From NCBI GenBank assembly GCA_002269645.1, contig NIVC01000112.1, forward strand, positions 268,520 to 332,519: a stretch of DNA of 64,000 bases. The letters are read 5' to 3'. The position numbers and the translations under genes are program-made. This document shows, piece after piece, positions 46,801 to 59,627 of this stretch (position 1 is the stretch's first letter; every line of letters starts with the position of its first letter). This stretch comes from Macrostomum lignano (lineage: Eukaryota). The notes under the pieces are model-generated. The model did no database searches. It was not told the origin of the DNA and was given only the letters and a program-made list of their open reading frames with translations.

Positions 46801-49800
46801 TCTCTTCTCTTCTCTCCTCACTTCTCCTCTCCTCTCCTCTCCTCTCCTATCCTCTCCTATCCTCTCCTCTCATCTCCTCTCCTCTCTTCTCCTCTCCTCT
46901 CCTCTCCTCTCCTCTCCTCTCCTCTCCTCTCTTCTCCTCTCCTCTCCTATCCTCTCATCTCCTCTCCTATCCTCTCCTCTCATCTCCTCTCCTCTCCTCT
47001 CATCTCCTCTGTTCTCCTCTCCTCTCCTCTCCTCTCCTCTCCTCTCCTCTCCTCTCCTCTCCTCTCCTCTCCTCTCCTCTCCTCTCCTCTCCTCTCCTCT
47101 CCTCTCCTCTCCTCTCCTCTCCTCTTCTCTCCTCTCCTGTCTTCTCCTCTCCTCTCTTCTCCTCTCCTCTCCTCTCCTCTCCTCTCCTCTCCTCTCCTCT
47201 CTCTCTCCTCTCCTCTCCTCTTCTCTCCTCTCCTGTCTTCTCCTCTCCTCTCTTCTCCTCTCCTCTCTTCTCCTCTTTTCCCCTCTCTTCTCTTCTCCTC
47301 TCGTCTCTTCTCACTTCACATCTCCTCTCCTCTCCTCTTCTCTCCTCTCCTGTCTTCTCCTCTCCTCTCTTCTCTTCTCTCCTCACTTCTCCTCTCCTCT
47401 CCTCTCATCTCCTCTCCTCTCCTCTCCTCCTCTCCTCTCCTCTCCTCTCCTCTCCTCTCCTCTCCTCTCCTCTCCTCTCCTCTCCTATCCTCTCCTCTCC
47501 TATCCTCTCCTCTCCTCTCTTCTCCTCTCCTATCCTCTCCTCTCATCTCCTCTCCTCTCCTCTCATCTCCTCTGTTCTCCTCTCCTCTCCTCTCCTCTCC
47601 TCTCCTCTCCTCACGTGATGATACAAAGGAGTTAATATTCGGATTGTGTTAGTTGGTAATCGTGTTAAAATATTAGTTATTAAAACTGTCATCTCTGATT
47701 GCCTTCTCTCCAGTTCGGCAAGCCGCCTGGCCTCCTCAGCGAGTCGCCTCAGCCGCTCTCTGTGCGGGGATCAACGGGGATTTTGTGATAAAGTGGCGTG
47801 GGCTGGAGCTGAAATTAATTGTATCATTGATGCGCGGCTTTGAGAAAATATCTGATGCCATGTTTATAGGAACGACTGGGGCTAAACAACGTAGTTAAAA
47901 CAGTTTTAATTCGTGAAATATGAAATAAATAGGGCATTGAGAAAAGCCATTTTGAAAGATATGTACACTCTACCCTCCCTCCACTGCTCTCCTCTCTTCT
48001 CCCCTCCTCTCCCCTCCTCTCCTCTCCTCTCCTCTCATCTCCTCTCTTCTCCTATCCTATCCTCTCCTCTCCTCTCCTATCCTCTCCTCTCCTCTCCTAT
48101 CCTATCCTCTCTTCTCCTCTCCTATCCTCTCTTCTCCTCTCCTATCCTCTCCTCTCCTCTCCTCTCTTCTCCTCTCCTCTCCTATCCTCTCCTCTCCTCT
48201 CCTCTCCTCTCCTCTCCTCTACTCTCCTATCCTCTCCTCTCATCTCCTCTCCTCTCCTATCCTCTCCCTCTCATCTCCTCTCTTCTCCTCTCCTCTCCTC
48301 TCCTATCCTCTCCTCTCATCTCCTCTCCTCTCCTATCCTCTCCTCTCCTCTCCTCTCTTCTCTTCTCTCCTCACTTCTCCTCTCCTCTCCTCTCCTCTCC
48401 TATCCTCTCCTATCCTCTCCTCTCATCTCCTCTCCTCTCTTCTCCTCTCCTCTCCTCTCCTCTCCTCTCCTCTCCTCTCCTCTCTTCTCCTCTCCTCTCC
48501 TATCCTCTCATCTCCTCTCCTATCCTCTCCTCTCATCTCCTCTCCTCTCCTCTCATCTCCTCTGTTCTCCTCTCCTCTCCTCTCCTCTCCTCTCCTCTCC
48601 TCTCCTCTCCTCTCCTCTCCTCTCCTCTCCTCTCCTCTCCTCTCCTCTCCTCTCCTCTCCTCTCCTCTCCTCTCCTCTTCTCTCCTCTCCTGTCTTCTCC
48701 TCTCCTCTCTTCTCCTCTCCTCTCCTCTCCTCTCCTCTCCTCTCCTCTCCTCTCCTCTCCTCTCCTCTCCTCTTCTCTCCTCTCCTGTCTTCTCCTCTCC
48801 TCTCTTCTCCTCTCCTCTCTTCTCCTCTTTTCCCCTCTCTTCTCTTCTCCTCTCGTCTCTTCTCACTTCACATCTCCTCTCCTCTCCTCTTCTCTCCTCT
48901 CCTGTCTTCTCCTCTCCTCTCTTCTCTCTCTCCTCACTTCTCCTCTCCTCTCCTCTCATCTCCTCTCCTCTCCTCTCCTCCTCTCCTCTCCTCTCCTCTC
49001 CTCTCCTCTCCTCTCCTCTCCTCTCCTCTCCTATCCTCTCCTCTCCTATCCTCTCCTCTCCTCTCTTCTCCTCTCCTATCCTCTCCTCTCATCTCCTCTC
49101 CTCTCCTCTCATCTCCTCTGTTCTCCTCTCCTCTCCTCTCCTCTCCTCTCCTCTCCTCTCCTCTCCTCTCCTCTCCTATCCTCTCCTCTCCTATCCTCTC
49201 CTCTCCTCTCTTCTCCTCTCCTATCCTCTCCTCTCATCTCCTCTCCTCTCCTCTCATCTCCTCTCCTCTCCTCTCCTCTCCTCTCCTCTCCTCTCCTCTC
49301 CTCTCTTCTCCTCTCCTCTCCTATCCTCTCATCTCCTCTCCTATCCTCTCCTCTCATCTCCTCTCCTCTCCTCTCATCTCCTCTGTTCTCCTCTCCTCTC
49401 CTCTCCTCTCCTCTCCTCTCCTCTCCTCTCCTCTCCTCTCCTCTCCTCTCCTCTCCTCTCCTCTCCTCTCCTCTCCTCTCCTCTCCTTTCCTCTCCTCTC
49501 CTCTCCTCTCCTCTTCTCTCCTCTCCTGTCTTCTCCTCTCCTCTCTTCTCCTCTCCTCTCCTCTCCTCTCCTCTCCTCTCCTCTCCTCTCCTCTTCTCTC
49601 CTCTCCTGTCTTCTCCTCTCCTCTCTTCTCCTCTCCTCTCTTCTCCTCTTTTCCCCTCTCTTCTCTTCTCCTCTCGTCTCTTCTCACTTCACATCTCCTC
49701 TCCTCTCCTCTTCTCTCCTCTCCTGTCTTCCTCTCTCTCTTCTCTTCTCTCCTCACTTCTCCTCTCCTCTCCTCTCATCTCCTCTCCTCTCCTCTCCTCC

Positions 49801-52800
49801 TCTCCTCTCCTCTCCTCTCCTCTCCTCTCCTCTCCTCTCCTCTCCTATCCTCTCCTCTCCTATCCTCTCCTCTCCTCTCTTCTCCTCTCCTATCCTCTCC
49901 TCTCATCTCCTCTCCTCTCCTCTCATCTCCTCTGTTCCTCCTCTCCTCTCCTCTCCTCTCCTCTCCTCTCCTCTCCTCTCCTCTCCTCTCCTCTCCTCTC
50001 CTCTCCTCTCCTCTCCTCTCCTCTCCTCTCCTCTCCTCTTCTCTCTCTCCTGTCTTCTCCTCTCCTCTCTTCTCCTCTCCTCTCCTCTCCTCTCCTCTCC
50101 TCTCCTCTCCTTTCTCTCCTCTCCTGTCTTCTCCTCTCCTCTCTTCTCCTCTCCTCTCTTCTCCTCTTTTCCCCTCTCTTCTCTTCTCCTCTCGTCTCTT
50201 CTCACTTCACATCTCCTCTCCTCTTCTCTCCTCTCCTCTCCTTCCTGATCTTCTCTCTTCTTTTCTTTTCTTTTTTCGTCTTCACTTCTCTCCTCACCTC
50301 CTCTCCTCTCTCCATCAGTATATTTTTAGAATTGTCACCAAGGCAAACGAAACACACAAAGTCACAGCATACAACAGCAACAGCAGCAGCAGTCACTGTG
50401 TGCTCAAGCACGCTGCTGCAGAGCCCTACAGCGCTGTGTCTCACCAGTGACCCAGCGATGTGGCCGCAGCCCGAGGCCTCCACTGCGCCAGCGGCCAACT
50501 TGTCGGCGTCGCGTTACCGCGCAGTGCCGGCAAGTCGCTGTCAGTCAGCAAGCGCTGACGCGGCACCCGAGACTGCCGCTGTCGCCGCCGCCAGCCAGAC
50601 GCCAGCGATGGCAGTTGCGTCAAAGTCAACGACTGAGCGCAGAGTCGAGCTGGGTCAGAGTAGGGCCCCGCCCTGTTTATTGCGCAAGCAGGTGTTAGCC
50701 GCATTGTTAGTATGAGCAAGTCAGTCATTCTCATTCTGCTGAAGCTCATTATCAGGCATGCGACACTCTGCGCCTTGGGGGGCCCAATCAATAAATTTGA
50801 TTATTGCTAAGAGTGGGGCTGGCCGCCAGCCAATCAGACGCCCCAGTAGTCTAAAGCAATGTACATTCAATGTACTTAGTCAAGTCAACTCCACGGGGTG
50901 GCCGACTTGTAAGCTTGATTAAGTAGTGCATTGGCTTTTTAACCAATCATAGACAAGTAGTATCTATGGTAATTAGTCAGCTATAATTGCTATCGATAGT
51001 CTAAATGCTAAAAGTTATAGAAGCTCTCTAATTTATGCAGTATGGCAAGCACACTGCGAGCAAAGTCTTAGTGAATAAAGGTTATCACTAACCTCTCGGA
51101 CTCGTCATCGTCCAAGTCCAGACCTGAATCGTGCTGACCTTGGCCTATATAATAATTCGAGAGGAGGGCAAATTCATTATGAGTAGGACGCGACACAATC
51201 ATTTTGACTGATATGTAATGTGTGACAATTTGACGAATAGATATAGATGAACGATGATCAGAGTAGAGTGGATTAGAGGAGGTGAAAGGAGAGGAGAGGA
51301 GAGAAGATGAGATTAAATAAGATGAGATGAGATGAGATGAAATGAAAATAGATTAGATTATACTAGATTAGATGAAATCAGTTGAGATGAGATGGGTGAG
51401 ATAAGATGAGTTAGGATGAGATGAGATAAGATGCGATGAAATGAGATGAGATGAGATGAGATGAGACGAGATGAAATGAGATGAGATGAGATGAGATGAA
51501 ATGAGATGAGATGAGAAGAGGTGAGATGAGATGAGATGAAATGAGATGAGATGAGATGAGATGAAATGAGATGAGATGAGATGAAATGAGATGAGATGAG
51601 ATGAGATGAGATGGAATGAGATGAGATGAGATGAGACGAGAACAGGGTCAGAGGCTGCAGGAGACTCACTGCCGGCGGTGCCAGGCCGTGAGTTCAGTCC
51701 CGGGTAGCTCTGCATCGGGTAGGGCCCAATGTAAACTCCAGTTCCTCCCTTCTGCGTCACCTGCGGCGCTTTTCCGTGATAGACGGCTGGAAAGAAGTTG
51801 ATTTCTTTGTAAAAATAAAAATGTAGGAAATCGATTCCAAGGACCATCAGCTGGGACGTCCTTGACCCCTCTTACTTGTCTGGTTCAGCCGCTTGTGGAA
51901 GCCTGAGCGACTGCCTGAAAAGTTTCAACAGTCCGTGTGGTTAAATTTTCATTATTCGAGGAGACTGCACTCTTATTGAAATGAAAACTCATTCAATTTG
52001 CTCATTACTGCTCTGTTCGGTGTTGTTGGACCTGTTGGAGGCCATGGAACCGTTTGAGCTGGTCTGGGATCGTCTGGCCACCTCGGAGTCAAGCACGAAT
52101 ATCTCCGGGCAGTAGGCCTAGGAAACAGTGGCAGTGAGAGCTCTGTAAGGCTAATGGTTAACCAGAAATATGAACTTTGGACTACTTTCGACAAAACTTA
52201 CGTGAGGTGGCAGAAAGTGCTTTACCTTCATTTCTTGCTCCTGGTGACCCCGAACCTGAAGCAATGCGGGTTGAATCTGTTTTTAAATGATACATATGTC
52301 AAAAAGCAATAGACACTGTCACAAAGCAATAGACACTGTCACAAAGCAATAGACACTGTCACAAAGCAATAGACACTGTCACAAAGCAATAGACACTGTC
52401 ACAAAGCAATAGACACTGTCACAAAGCAATAGACACTGTCACAAAGCAATAGACACTGTCACAAAGCAATAGACACTGTCACAAAGCAATAGACACTGTC
52501 ACAAAGCAATAGACACTGTCACAAAGCAATAGACACTGTCACAAAGCAATAGACACTGTCACAAAGCAATAGACACTGTCACAAAGCAATAGACACTGTC
52601 ACAAAGCAATAGACACTGTCACAAAGCAATAGACACTGTCACAAAGCAATAGACACTGTCACAAAGCAATAGACACTGTCACAAAGCAATAGACACTGTC
52701 ACAAAGCAATAGTTACTATCACAGAGCACAGAAGCTGTAACAAAGCACAGGCACTGTCACAACATGCTGTTACGGGCTACAGGGTGTCACATTTACAGCT

Positions 52801-53922
52801 CAAGAAATTGACTTCACCTGAGTAAGGCACCGCCCCACGCTTTTGCAATAGACAAAACTTCTTGGTACAACTTCAAAGCCCAACTGCTTTTCAATTTCGC
52901 TTCGCAAATGATCCAAATGAATGTCTGGTGGGACTCTGCAATGAGAAAGAAAGTTTGGCAAGATTGAAGCAATATTTCAAAGAATATAGTTAAACAAATT
53001 TGGCAGAAATATTTAAATCACCTAACAAAACCCGCAGACACGCTCTCTCCAATCACTTGGTTAAAGGCACTGCGAAGACGGTCGTGCCACAGGTAAGCCG
53101 GCACAACATAGATGTGAAGATCCACCAACTGCAAACGAAATTGCATCTTAGTTTTTTTTTCGACATTCATATTAATTTAGTAAATATAAGTTTAATAGTG
53201 CAATCCATTGCATAAGATAAACAAAAATTAAATTTCAGCTGATGTGTTTTTAGTAAAGTGTTTTATTTAGCAAAGTGTGTTTTGAATGCATTATAAATTA
53301 CAACTTGTACTTATAAATACATTGAACATTTGATTAACATTTTGTAGCATTATTATTAACTACAGGAAAATTAATGAACACAAAGAAACTAAGCAAAATA
53401 TTTAATTTTCTAGGGTTGATTTTTTGTTTAGCTTTTGTTAAGTCTGAATTTTCTGTTGGCTTTAAAAAACTAAAATAAGATTTTGAACGTTGGGAACTTT
53501 TGTTATAAAGGGAGACTTGAAATTTATTCAGAATGTAGTTCATGTTATCTGAAATAATTTTCTTTCAAGTGGTCTTTCATATGAGCGTAGATATTTTTAC
53601 TCATAAAGTAACTAATAAAAGTAGGCGGCAGTTAATCTAAATAATAATTTTTTGGGATAAGTAAATTAAAAAAATGTGTTAAATGACAAACCAAAAAATA
53701 CTCGTGATTTTGGCATTGCGTGTTTGAACCATTACAACTATTACAACAAGTTAAATTACAAGTAAGGTAAGGTGAGTTAGGAAAGTAAAAATGAAATCAA
53801 AGAGAAAGTAGTCCCTGAACCTCCTGAAATTAAAAAGGCTTGATAGTGCATTTTATTCCATATAATCATGTGCTTCTTACTTGTTCGGATGGTGGCCGGT
53901 ATGTAGGTCTGTCATAGTTCAT
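34831..53922 (-). CDS. SPATA1: Spermatogenesis-associated protein 1-like, 476 aa (495 aa if both copies of exon 9 are used)
   Basis: Exons 53922-53881, 53128-53022, 52935-52818, 52255-52202, 52117-52009, 51914-51876, 51786-51670, 51144-51093, 47759-47703 (duplicate at 46208-46152), 45896-45819, 43620-43560, 43485-43401, 43275-43150, 42873-42698, 42523-42425, 34941-34831; phases are all compatible. N-terminus [57 protein letters not shown]; C-terminal coiled coil [52 protein letters not shown]. Confidence 0.85.
34957..41952 (-). mobile_element. Full-length Bel/Pao LTR retrotransposon (6996 bp) in the last SPATA1 intron
   Basis: LTRs 34957-35241 and 41668-41952 (285 bp, TGT...ACA, no differences seen); TSD GAGGG at 34952-34956 and 41953-41957; PBS TGGTAGCAGAGCGTGGTT at 41648-41665 (initiator-tRNA-Met type); polypurine tract at about 35242-35250. 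Confidence 0.97.
35849..41642 (-). CDS. Bel/Pao Gag-Pol polyprotein split by three apparent frameshifts
   Basis: ORFs 41340-41642 (gag N-terminus), 38837-41320 (gag, knuckles, [10 protein letters not shown] protease), 36708-38933 (RT YMDD; RNase [18 protein letters not shown]), 35849-36958 (integrase: H..GHGG..C..C, VDFGGP, SDNGGNF, GPY/F-like end). Domain order PR-RT-RH-IN. Confidence 0.9.
42021..42272. repeat. 45-bp tandem repeat, about 5.6 copies, rich in CCAAT boxes
   Basis: Unit gaagaggagctcgctgattggttgaggcggtggctaattggactg, starting at 42021, 42066, 42111, 42156, 42201 and 42246. Confidence 0.92.
43636..44670. repeat. 23-bp minisatellite (aaacagtggcgccaaagggtggt) in SPATA1 intron 10
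   Basis: Read directly, with variants carrying a 9-bp insertion. Confidence 0.95.
45114..45803. repeat. (ATCTA)n degenerate microsatellite
   Basis: Read directly. Confidence 0.9.
46421..50310. repeat. (CTCCT)n arrays (46421-47611 and 47972-50310) separated by a duplicated unique block
   Basis: Read directly; source of the SSPLL/EERRG pseudo-ORFs. Confidence 0.95.
51300..51637. repeat. (GATGA)n microsatellite
   Basis: Read directly. Confidence 0.93.
52304..52711. repeat. 20-bp near-perfect minisatellite (acaaagcaatagacactgtc), about 20 copies
   Basis: Read directly; lies in SPATA1 intron 3. Confidence 0.97.
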
Positions 53923-56383
53923 TATTTCTTTCGTTAAAGTAAAAAACACTGTAGTCTGCTCTTTTATACAGTAATAAATGGGACTCACTATTCGAAAACT
54001 ATCGTCGATTTTTGAACAAAATAAATTACTTATCGCACTTCTGCATCGTAACAAGTATTTAATCGTTTATGAAAATTTAATAAACTTTGAATTTAATTGG
54101 TTTGTATATGTTTTATTACAAAAAGCTTCAGTTTTGACCTTGGAATGACTATCCAGATAACTTTGTTTAAATTAAGGCCAACAGGCCACACCGTTGAACA
54201 GCAAGACGACTGACAGTTGACATCCTTAGATTATAGCAAGCCCTGTTGTTGATTTGAATAAAAGGAAGGCTATAATTAGTAGTTAGTTTCATAATAGATT
54301 TTTTATTTAAAATGAACGCATAGGTTTTCTGTACTCATCTAAGGCTTGCTTGAGATGTATTAAGATATGTGTGAGATAAATATTCAGAGATTTGTCTGAA
54401 TAACCCACAGAATATCACAAAGAGGTATTCTGTGAAATAACGCGCGACAAAAATCGCCTAAATATTGCGAGATTTTTTTCTTTTATTCCAGAGCACAGTG
54501 TACAAAAATTACGAGTTTTTTTTACAGTTTACACATCAAAGGACCACTAGGTTTACAGGATCGGACGTACGTAGACTCTGCAAAGTTTGTGTGATTTTTG
54601 ATACATCATACAATTTACTGGGAAAAAAGACATCCCTCCGATTGGAAAAAAATTTCTGCATGCATACCGATACCGTGTACTTATATACACAGATATTGCA
54701 CATTACAGCCTTGTGCGTATGAAAGAAAAGAAAAATAATGAATATAAAAATTAAACTCACGTCACGACTACATGTACATTACCTATAAGATAGCAGAGTA
54801 GCATTTAATCTGGGTTAGTAAAGATTACTGTTCCTTTAATTTAGCAATGCACAAACATGTTAATAACTACATGTTTAAGTATATGTACATGTAGCTGTAC
54901 TCGTGTATAATGTACTAATATTAATATACATGTACATGTACTTTTTTAACCGTATAAATTTTACTTTTGATGCCCTTTGATGCTTATGTACATGTACAGT
55001 ACAGTATGAATATGGAAATCAGCCAGAACAGTGGGTCACGCAAACAGCAATTATTGGCTGGGCACATATGTATATGTACATGTTTATACTGCTTGAGACT
55101 TCAGGGTAACCCAAACAAATACAGTTGATGTACATTGGCCCGATAAGGCGCTTTCACACGGGCTCAATTATATCAGGTAACCTTGATACATGTACAGGCA
55201 TTAAATACAAGAAATAAAACAAATTTGTATCATATCCTTAAATTTGCGTTAGCCAATTAGTAACTCAAAAAGCGATACAGTTACAATATTTAGGGTACAA
55301 TATGTGTCCAGTTTGTAGTAGTGTGTATTTTTCTATTAATCAAAGTACAGAAGTGATTCGTTAACAGTATAAATCGATCTTAGTTAAAACATCGAGTATA
55401 GATGTTTATAGCCAGACAGGTAAGAATTCCTCTTGGGGCCAAACTCAAGCCCAGAGTAAAAACACGCGCAAGAGACGGAGAAGTGGGTCGATAAATAATG
55501 ATTGAAAAAATAAACTGAAGCACCTGAAGGACAGACAGTTTCATGGGGGCTGACAATATTACGGCTGGTTGGCTGGCACATCAGCGATTAATAACAGTTA
55601 ACACCTGCCCCTTGACAACTACTAAGCCAGTTGTTAAACGAAGTTAAGTCCGTACAGAAGCGCTTAGCAGTGAGGCAATAAGCGTTGTCTTTGTTGGAGT
55701 AAAGCGGGACAAAAAAGTTTTGATAACCGAAATCTATAATTATAAATTATTAAGGAATTGAAGCATTGATACAAACAGCATATTTTCTATCCGGTACTAC
55801 TAATAAGTAGACAAGCAGGAAATTTGCACTGAAATAAACATAAATTGACCAAAATCGAGCAGTTAAAGGAAAACCACTGCCGCTGGAATTGGTGTTGCCT
55901 GAAGTATGAAACAGAACAAGCAATGGAGTCACACTCGGGTGCGATAGATTATAAAGTTTGTACGACACTACTGCCAGTAAAGCAGTTAGGGACATAACCA
56001 TCTACAGTCACAGCATGGAGAAAGGAACTAAAAGACAGAAAAAAATTGTGTTCAGGTAACTGAGGGAGTGCGGGGGCTCAACAAGCAACAGAGGCGATGT
56101 TGAACAAATTTTAACTTAGCAAAAATCTATGCATTACACAAATTATATTCGTCATGCCCGTTACTCGCTACTAAACCGTGGCCTAAAGACAAACTACTGG
56201 TGAGCGAGGAGCAGTGAACTTATTAAGAAATATATTTATATAGGCTGTTCATTGAAAGCTGGAGCATCTGATAGTTTAGATTTTGCTTGTTTATTTTTGG
56301 TTGACAACGGAACTGAACATCTGCGGAGGGACTTGCAGCGGCTGAGACAGCGGCAGGATGAGTTTTATAAGCAAATTAATTCC

Positions 56384-58263
56384 TCACTGATTGAGCAGGT
56401 GCTCGGTCGCCCGCTCCAGGTTCCACACGTTGGAGGACAGCGCCACGCGGCAGTCGTGCTGCAATCAAATTTTTCCCAGGAATTGTGTCGGGTGGGAAGT
56501 CGAAAGGTGAAATATCGTTGGGATGTTGAATTACTGTGCTAGGTTTTGGGGATCTTTTAGGATCTGACAACCTTTAATTGTGGGGGATTTTGGGATTTGA
56601 CAACCCTGTGGAATACTTTGGGGATATTCTGGGATCTGACAACCCTGTGGGAGATTTTGGGACTAGACAACCCTATGGGAGATTTTGGGGATATTTTGGG
56701 ATCTGACAACTCAGTGCGATATTTTGGGGATATTTTGTGATCCCTGTGGGAGATTTTGGGGATAGATGGAACTTAACAAATCTGTGGGAGATTTCGGGAA
56801 ATTTTGGGATCTGACAACCCTATGGTAGATTTCGGGATATTTTGGGATCTGACAACCCTATGGGAGATTTCGGGATATTTTGGGATCTGACAACCCTATG
56901 GCAGATTTTTGGGACATTTTGGGATATGAAAACCCTGGGGGAGATTTTGGGGATATTTTGGGATTTGACAACCCTGTGGGAGATTTCGGGGATATTTTGG
57001 GATCTGACAACACTGGGAGATTCTGAGGATATTTTGGGATATGACAACACTGGGAGATTTTGTGGATATTTTGGGATTGGACAACCCTGTAAGAGATTTG
57101 GGTATATTGGGGATAATTTGCGATCTGACAACCCTATAAGATTTTAGGGATATTTTGAGATCTGACAACCCTGCGGGGCATTTTGGGATCTGAAATTCCT
57201 AAGAGATTTCGAGGATATTTCAGGATCTGACAACACTGTGACGGATCTTATCCAACCGGCTATTTTGGGAGATTTAATTTCACCAGAGCCAGACGCAGTT
57301 CCTGCCTCACCTCGGGAAATCCCATCTGTTTGAGCGACTCCACCTTGGCCTTGAAGTCGGGCTCCCTGTCCGGGGCGCCAGCATAGGCGTGGGCCCAGTG
57401 CCTGGCCGTCTGCAGGAACACGGCGTGCTGCTCCCTGTACTGCTTGGCAACCACCGCGTCTTGCGGATCGTCGGGTTCTGGCGAGGCCAGCAGGGCCTGC
57501 AGGGACAGCAGCACGGTGCGCAGGGTCATTGCGGCTGCCCACTGGTCTTTGAGGATGTCTAAACAGATGGCACCGGTCACGGAGCTGATGTTCGGGTGCC
57601 AGATCCTGGTGATGAACTTCACTTTTGGCGGCGTGAACGGATACGTGTCCGGGATCACCACCTCCAGCTGGCCGAGGAAGAAAATGAGGGGGAAGTTGAG
57701 GCAGCGCTTGAAGCATAAATCAATCATTTATATTTGCTATATTGCAATGTACCATACTTGAGCTGGTGAGCAACTGACTACCGACTTAAACCTAACCCCA
57801 ACAAATCATAAACCTAAACCCAAACTCTTAACTAAACCCTAACCTAAACCTAAAACCTAAATCTAAATTGCCGGCAGTCAATTATCGTTCCTCCTATTAT
57901 TTTCACAATACGTGCGTAAACATGTTCTTGTCACTCTACTGTTAGTAAAAATATTAGTTTTTTCTTTTGTTTTATGAAAATATCGGAAGGCTGAATTGAG
58001 GTTTGTTATTAAGGATATTTTTAATACTTTTTATGGAACATTCATGATGTAGCAAAGTGAGACACTGTGAGTGAAAATCCGGCCCCGCAAACCTGGAATT
58101 TGCCGTGCTCATAGGGCGTATCGGGTGGACCGCAGATTTCTCCACGCAGTTTTCGCAAATTATCGGAGACTGGCTCCACCCGGATGTGATGGCTGGCAAT
58201 CTCGTTACTCTTCATCACCTCTTTGAACTCTCGCCTGATGCGTTGGTCTGCAATGTTGCTCAT
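56384..58263 (-). CDS. UBE2K: Ubiquitin-conjugating enzyme E2 K (E2-25K/HIP2), 200 aa, 3 exons
   Basis: Exons 58263-58093, 57667-57311 and 56458-56384. MSNIADQRIRREFKEV, GPPDTPYE, WHPNISSVTGAICLDILKDQWAAAMTLRTVLLSLQALL (catalytic Cys) and a C-terminal UBA (MGF...ALSSNVWNLERATEHLL). Confidence 0.95.
56540..57270. repeat. About 39-bp degenerate minisatellite (gggagattttggggatattttgggatctgacaaccct..) in UBE2K intron 2
   Basis: Read directly. Confidence 0.9.
57768..57893. repeat. Small inverted-repeat element enclosing (CCTAAA/CCCTAA)-like repeats
   Basis: caactgactaccg versus cggcagtcaatt flank aaacctaaccc runs in UBE2K intron 1. Confidence 0.5.
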
Positions 58264-58769
58264 CTGGATTGCTGGGATGCTGCAACGGTATCAGTGATGG
58301 AGTGGTGAGGCTGTCACAGAGACAATTCGCAATGCTAGTGATTAAAACAATTAAAATGGCCCTTTGGGTTGTAAATGAGTGAATGATAGCCAGGGTTGTA
58401 AGCTGAAACTTAGTACCTAGCAAGTTCTTTTTTGTCCAACGCATGTTAGTCATTTAGCTTCTAAGGTTAAAATGATGAACATTAGTAGACAAATAACCAA
58501 GATGTAGCAATGCATGATAGAAGGTTATATCTTTTTTAAATAAGATGACTTTAATTAAAATTATATCATTAAAACATTCTAAAAGTTACTCTTTAATAGG
58601 ACTTAATAGTCATTTAACAATATTGCCATTTTGGTACTAACTGATTGAGTTTATTAATATTAAAAATAATAATAGCAATAATTTTAACAATTGATTACAC
58701 CTGCCCTAATGGCAATATATGCAACTAACAGCTCAGCCAAAGCTATTGTGCAGCATATCTGAAAGCTGC

Positions 58770-58962
58770 ATATGGCTGTTCAGTCAGACTGGGGGTCGCC
58801 ACACACACCTTCAATTACCCCAGCTAATACTAGGACAGCTGGGTGAACTGCAGCAATGCAGAGTTAAGTGTCTTGCTCAAGGACGCAAATTTTTATAGTG
58901 AGATCAAGAATTGAATCCTTAACCTTCAAGTTGTGAGTCTGATGCCCTAACCACTAGGCTAC
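58770..58962 (-). mobile_element. tRNA-derived SINE
   Basis: Minus-strand head gTAGCCTAGTGGTTAGggcatcagactcacaacttgaaggttaaggATTCAATTCttgatc, followed by a typical SINE body (tccttgagcaagacacttaactc...cagttcacccagctg). Confidence 0.75.
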
Positions 58963-59204
58963 AACCCTTTAATAATAAACAAAGTCTAAGATTATATAAT
59001 CTAAAGCCAAAAACAAAACTGCATGATAGCCAATATCTAACAAAGTGGAACTCCTCCTTCGGAGGAGAAAGGGGAAGAACTCCCATCACCGGAATTCTAT
59101 TCCCTGAAATATCCATCAACTGAAATTCCATGTCTTGAACCCTATCTTCCAAATCGTCTCCAAATTCTTTACAAAACCTTTCAAAGCCCATAGCTTAAAG
59201 ACTC

Positions 59205-59451
59205 TCACGTCTCTCATATCTCCTCTCCTCTCTTCGCTATTATCGTGACTCTCTTCTCTCTCCTCTCTCTCATCTCATCTCTACCCCTACTCCCTTATTT
59301 ATCTCTTCTCCCTCGTCTTTCGTCTGTACCCTCTCCTGTCTCTTGTCTCCTCTCTTCTCTCATATCTCTCCTCTTCACTTCTGTCTCCTGACTTCTCTTC
59401 TCTTCTCTCTCATATCTCATATCTACTCACTTATCTATCGTCTCTCCTTAA

Positions 59452-59484
<33 letters not shown>

Positions 59485-59627
59485 TTTCTCTCCTCTCTGC
59501 TCTTATTTCTCATATCTCATATACGCTCTCACTCTCTACTTTCTTATCTCCCATCTTTTTTTTCTCCTTTCCACTATCCTCTGTCTCTTCTCTTCTCTCT
59601 TTTCTACCCTCTCCATTCTCTCTTCTC
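59205..59627. repeat. CT-rich low-complexity tract
   Basis: Read directly; abuts the Gypsy LTR. Confidence 0.9.

Noticed and set aside
46362-50450. 418-aa and 845-aa SSPLL ORFs and EERRG ORFs
   Set aside because: (CTCCT)n microsatellite; no ATG-initiated unique coding content.
58919-59191. 90-aa ORF with QLMDISGNRIPVMGVL, reminiscent of a retroelement protease
   Set aside because: No catalytic DTG/DSG motif or other domains nearby; too weak to annotate.
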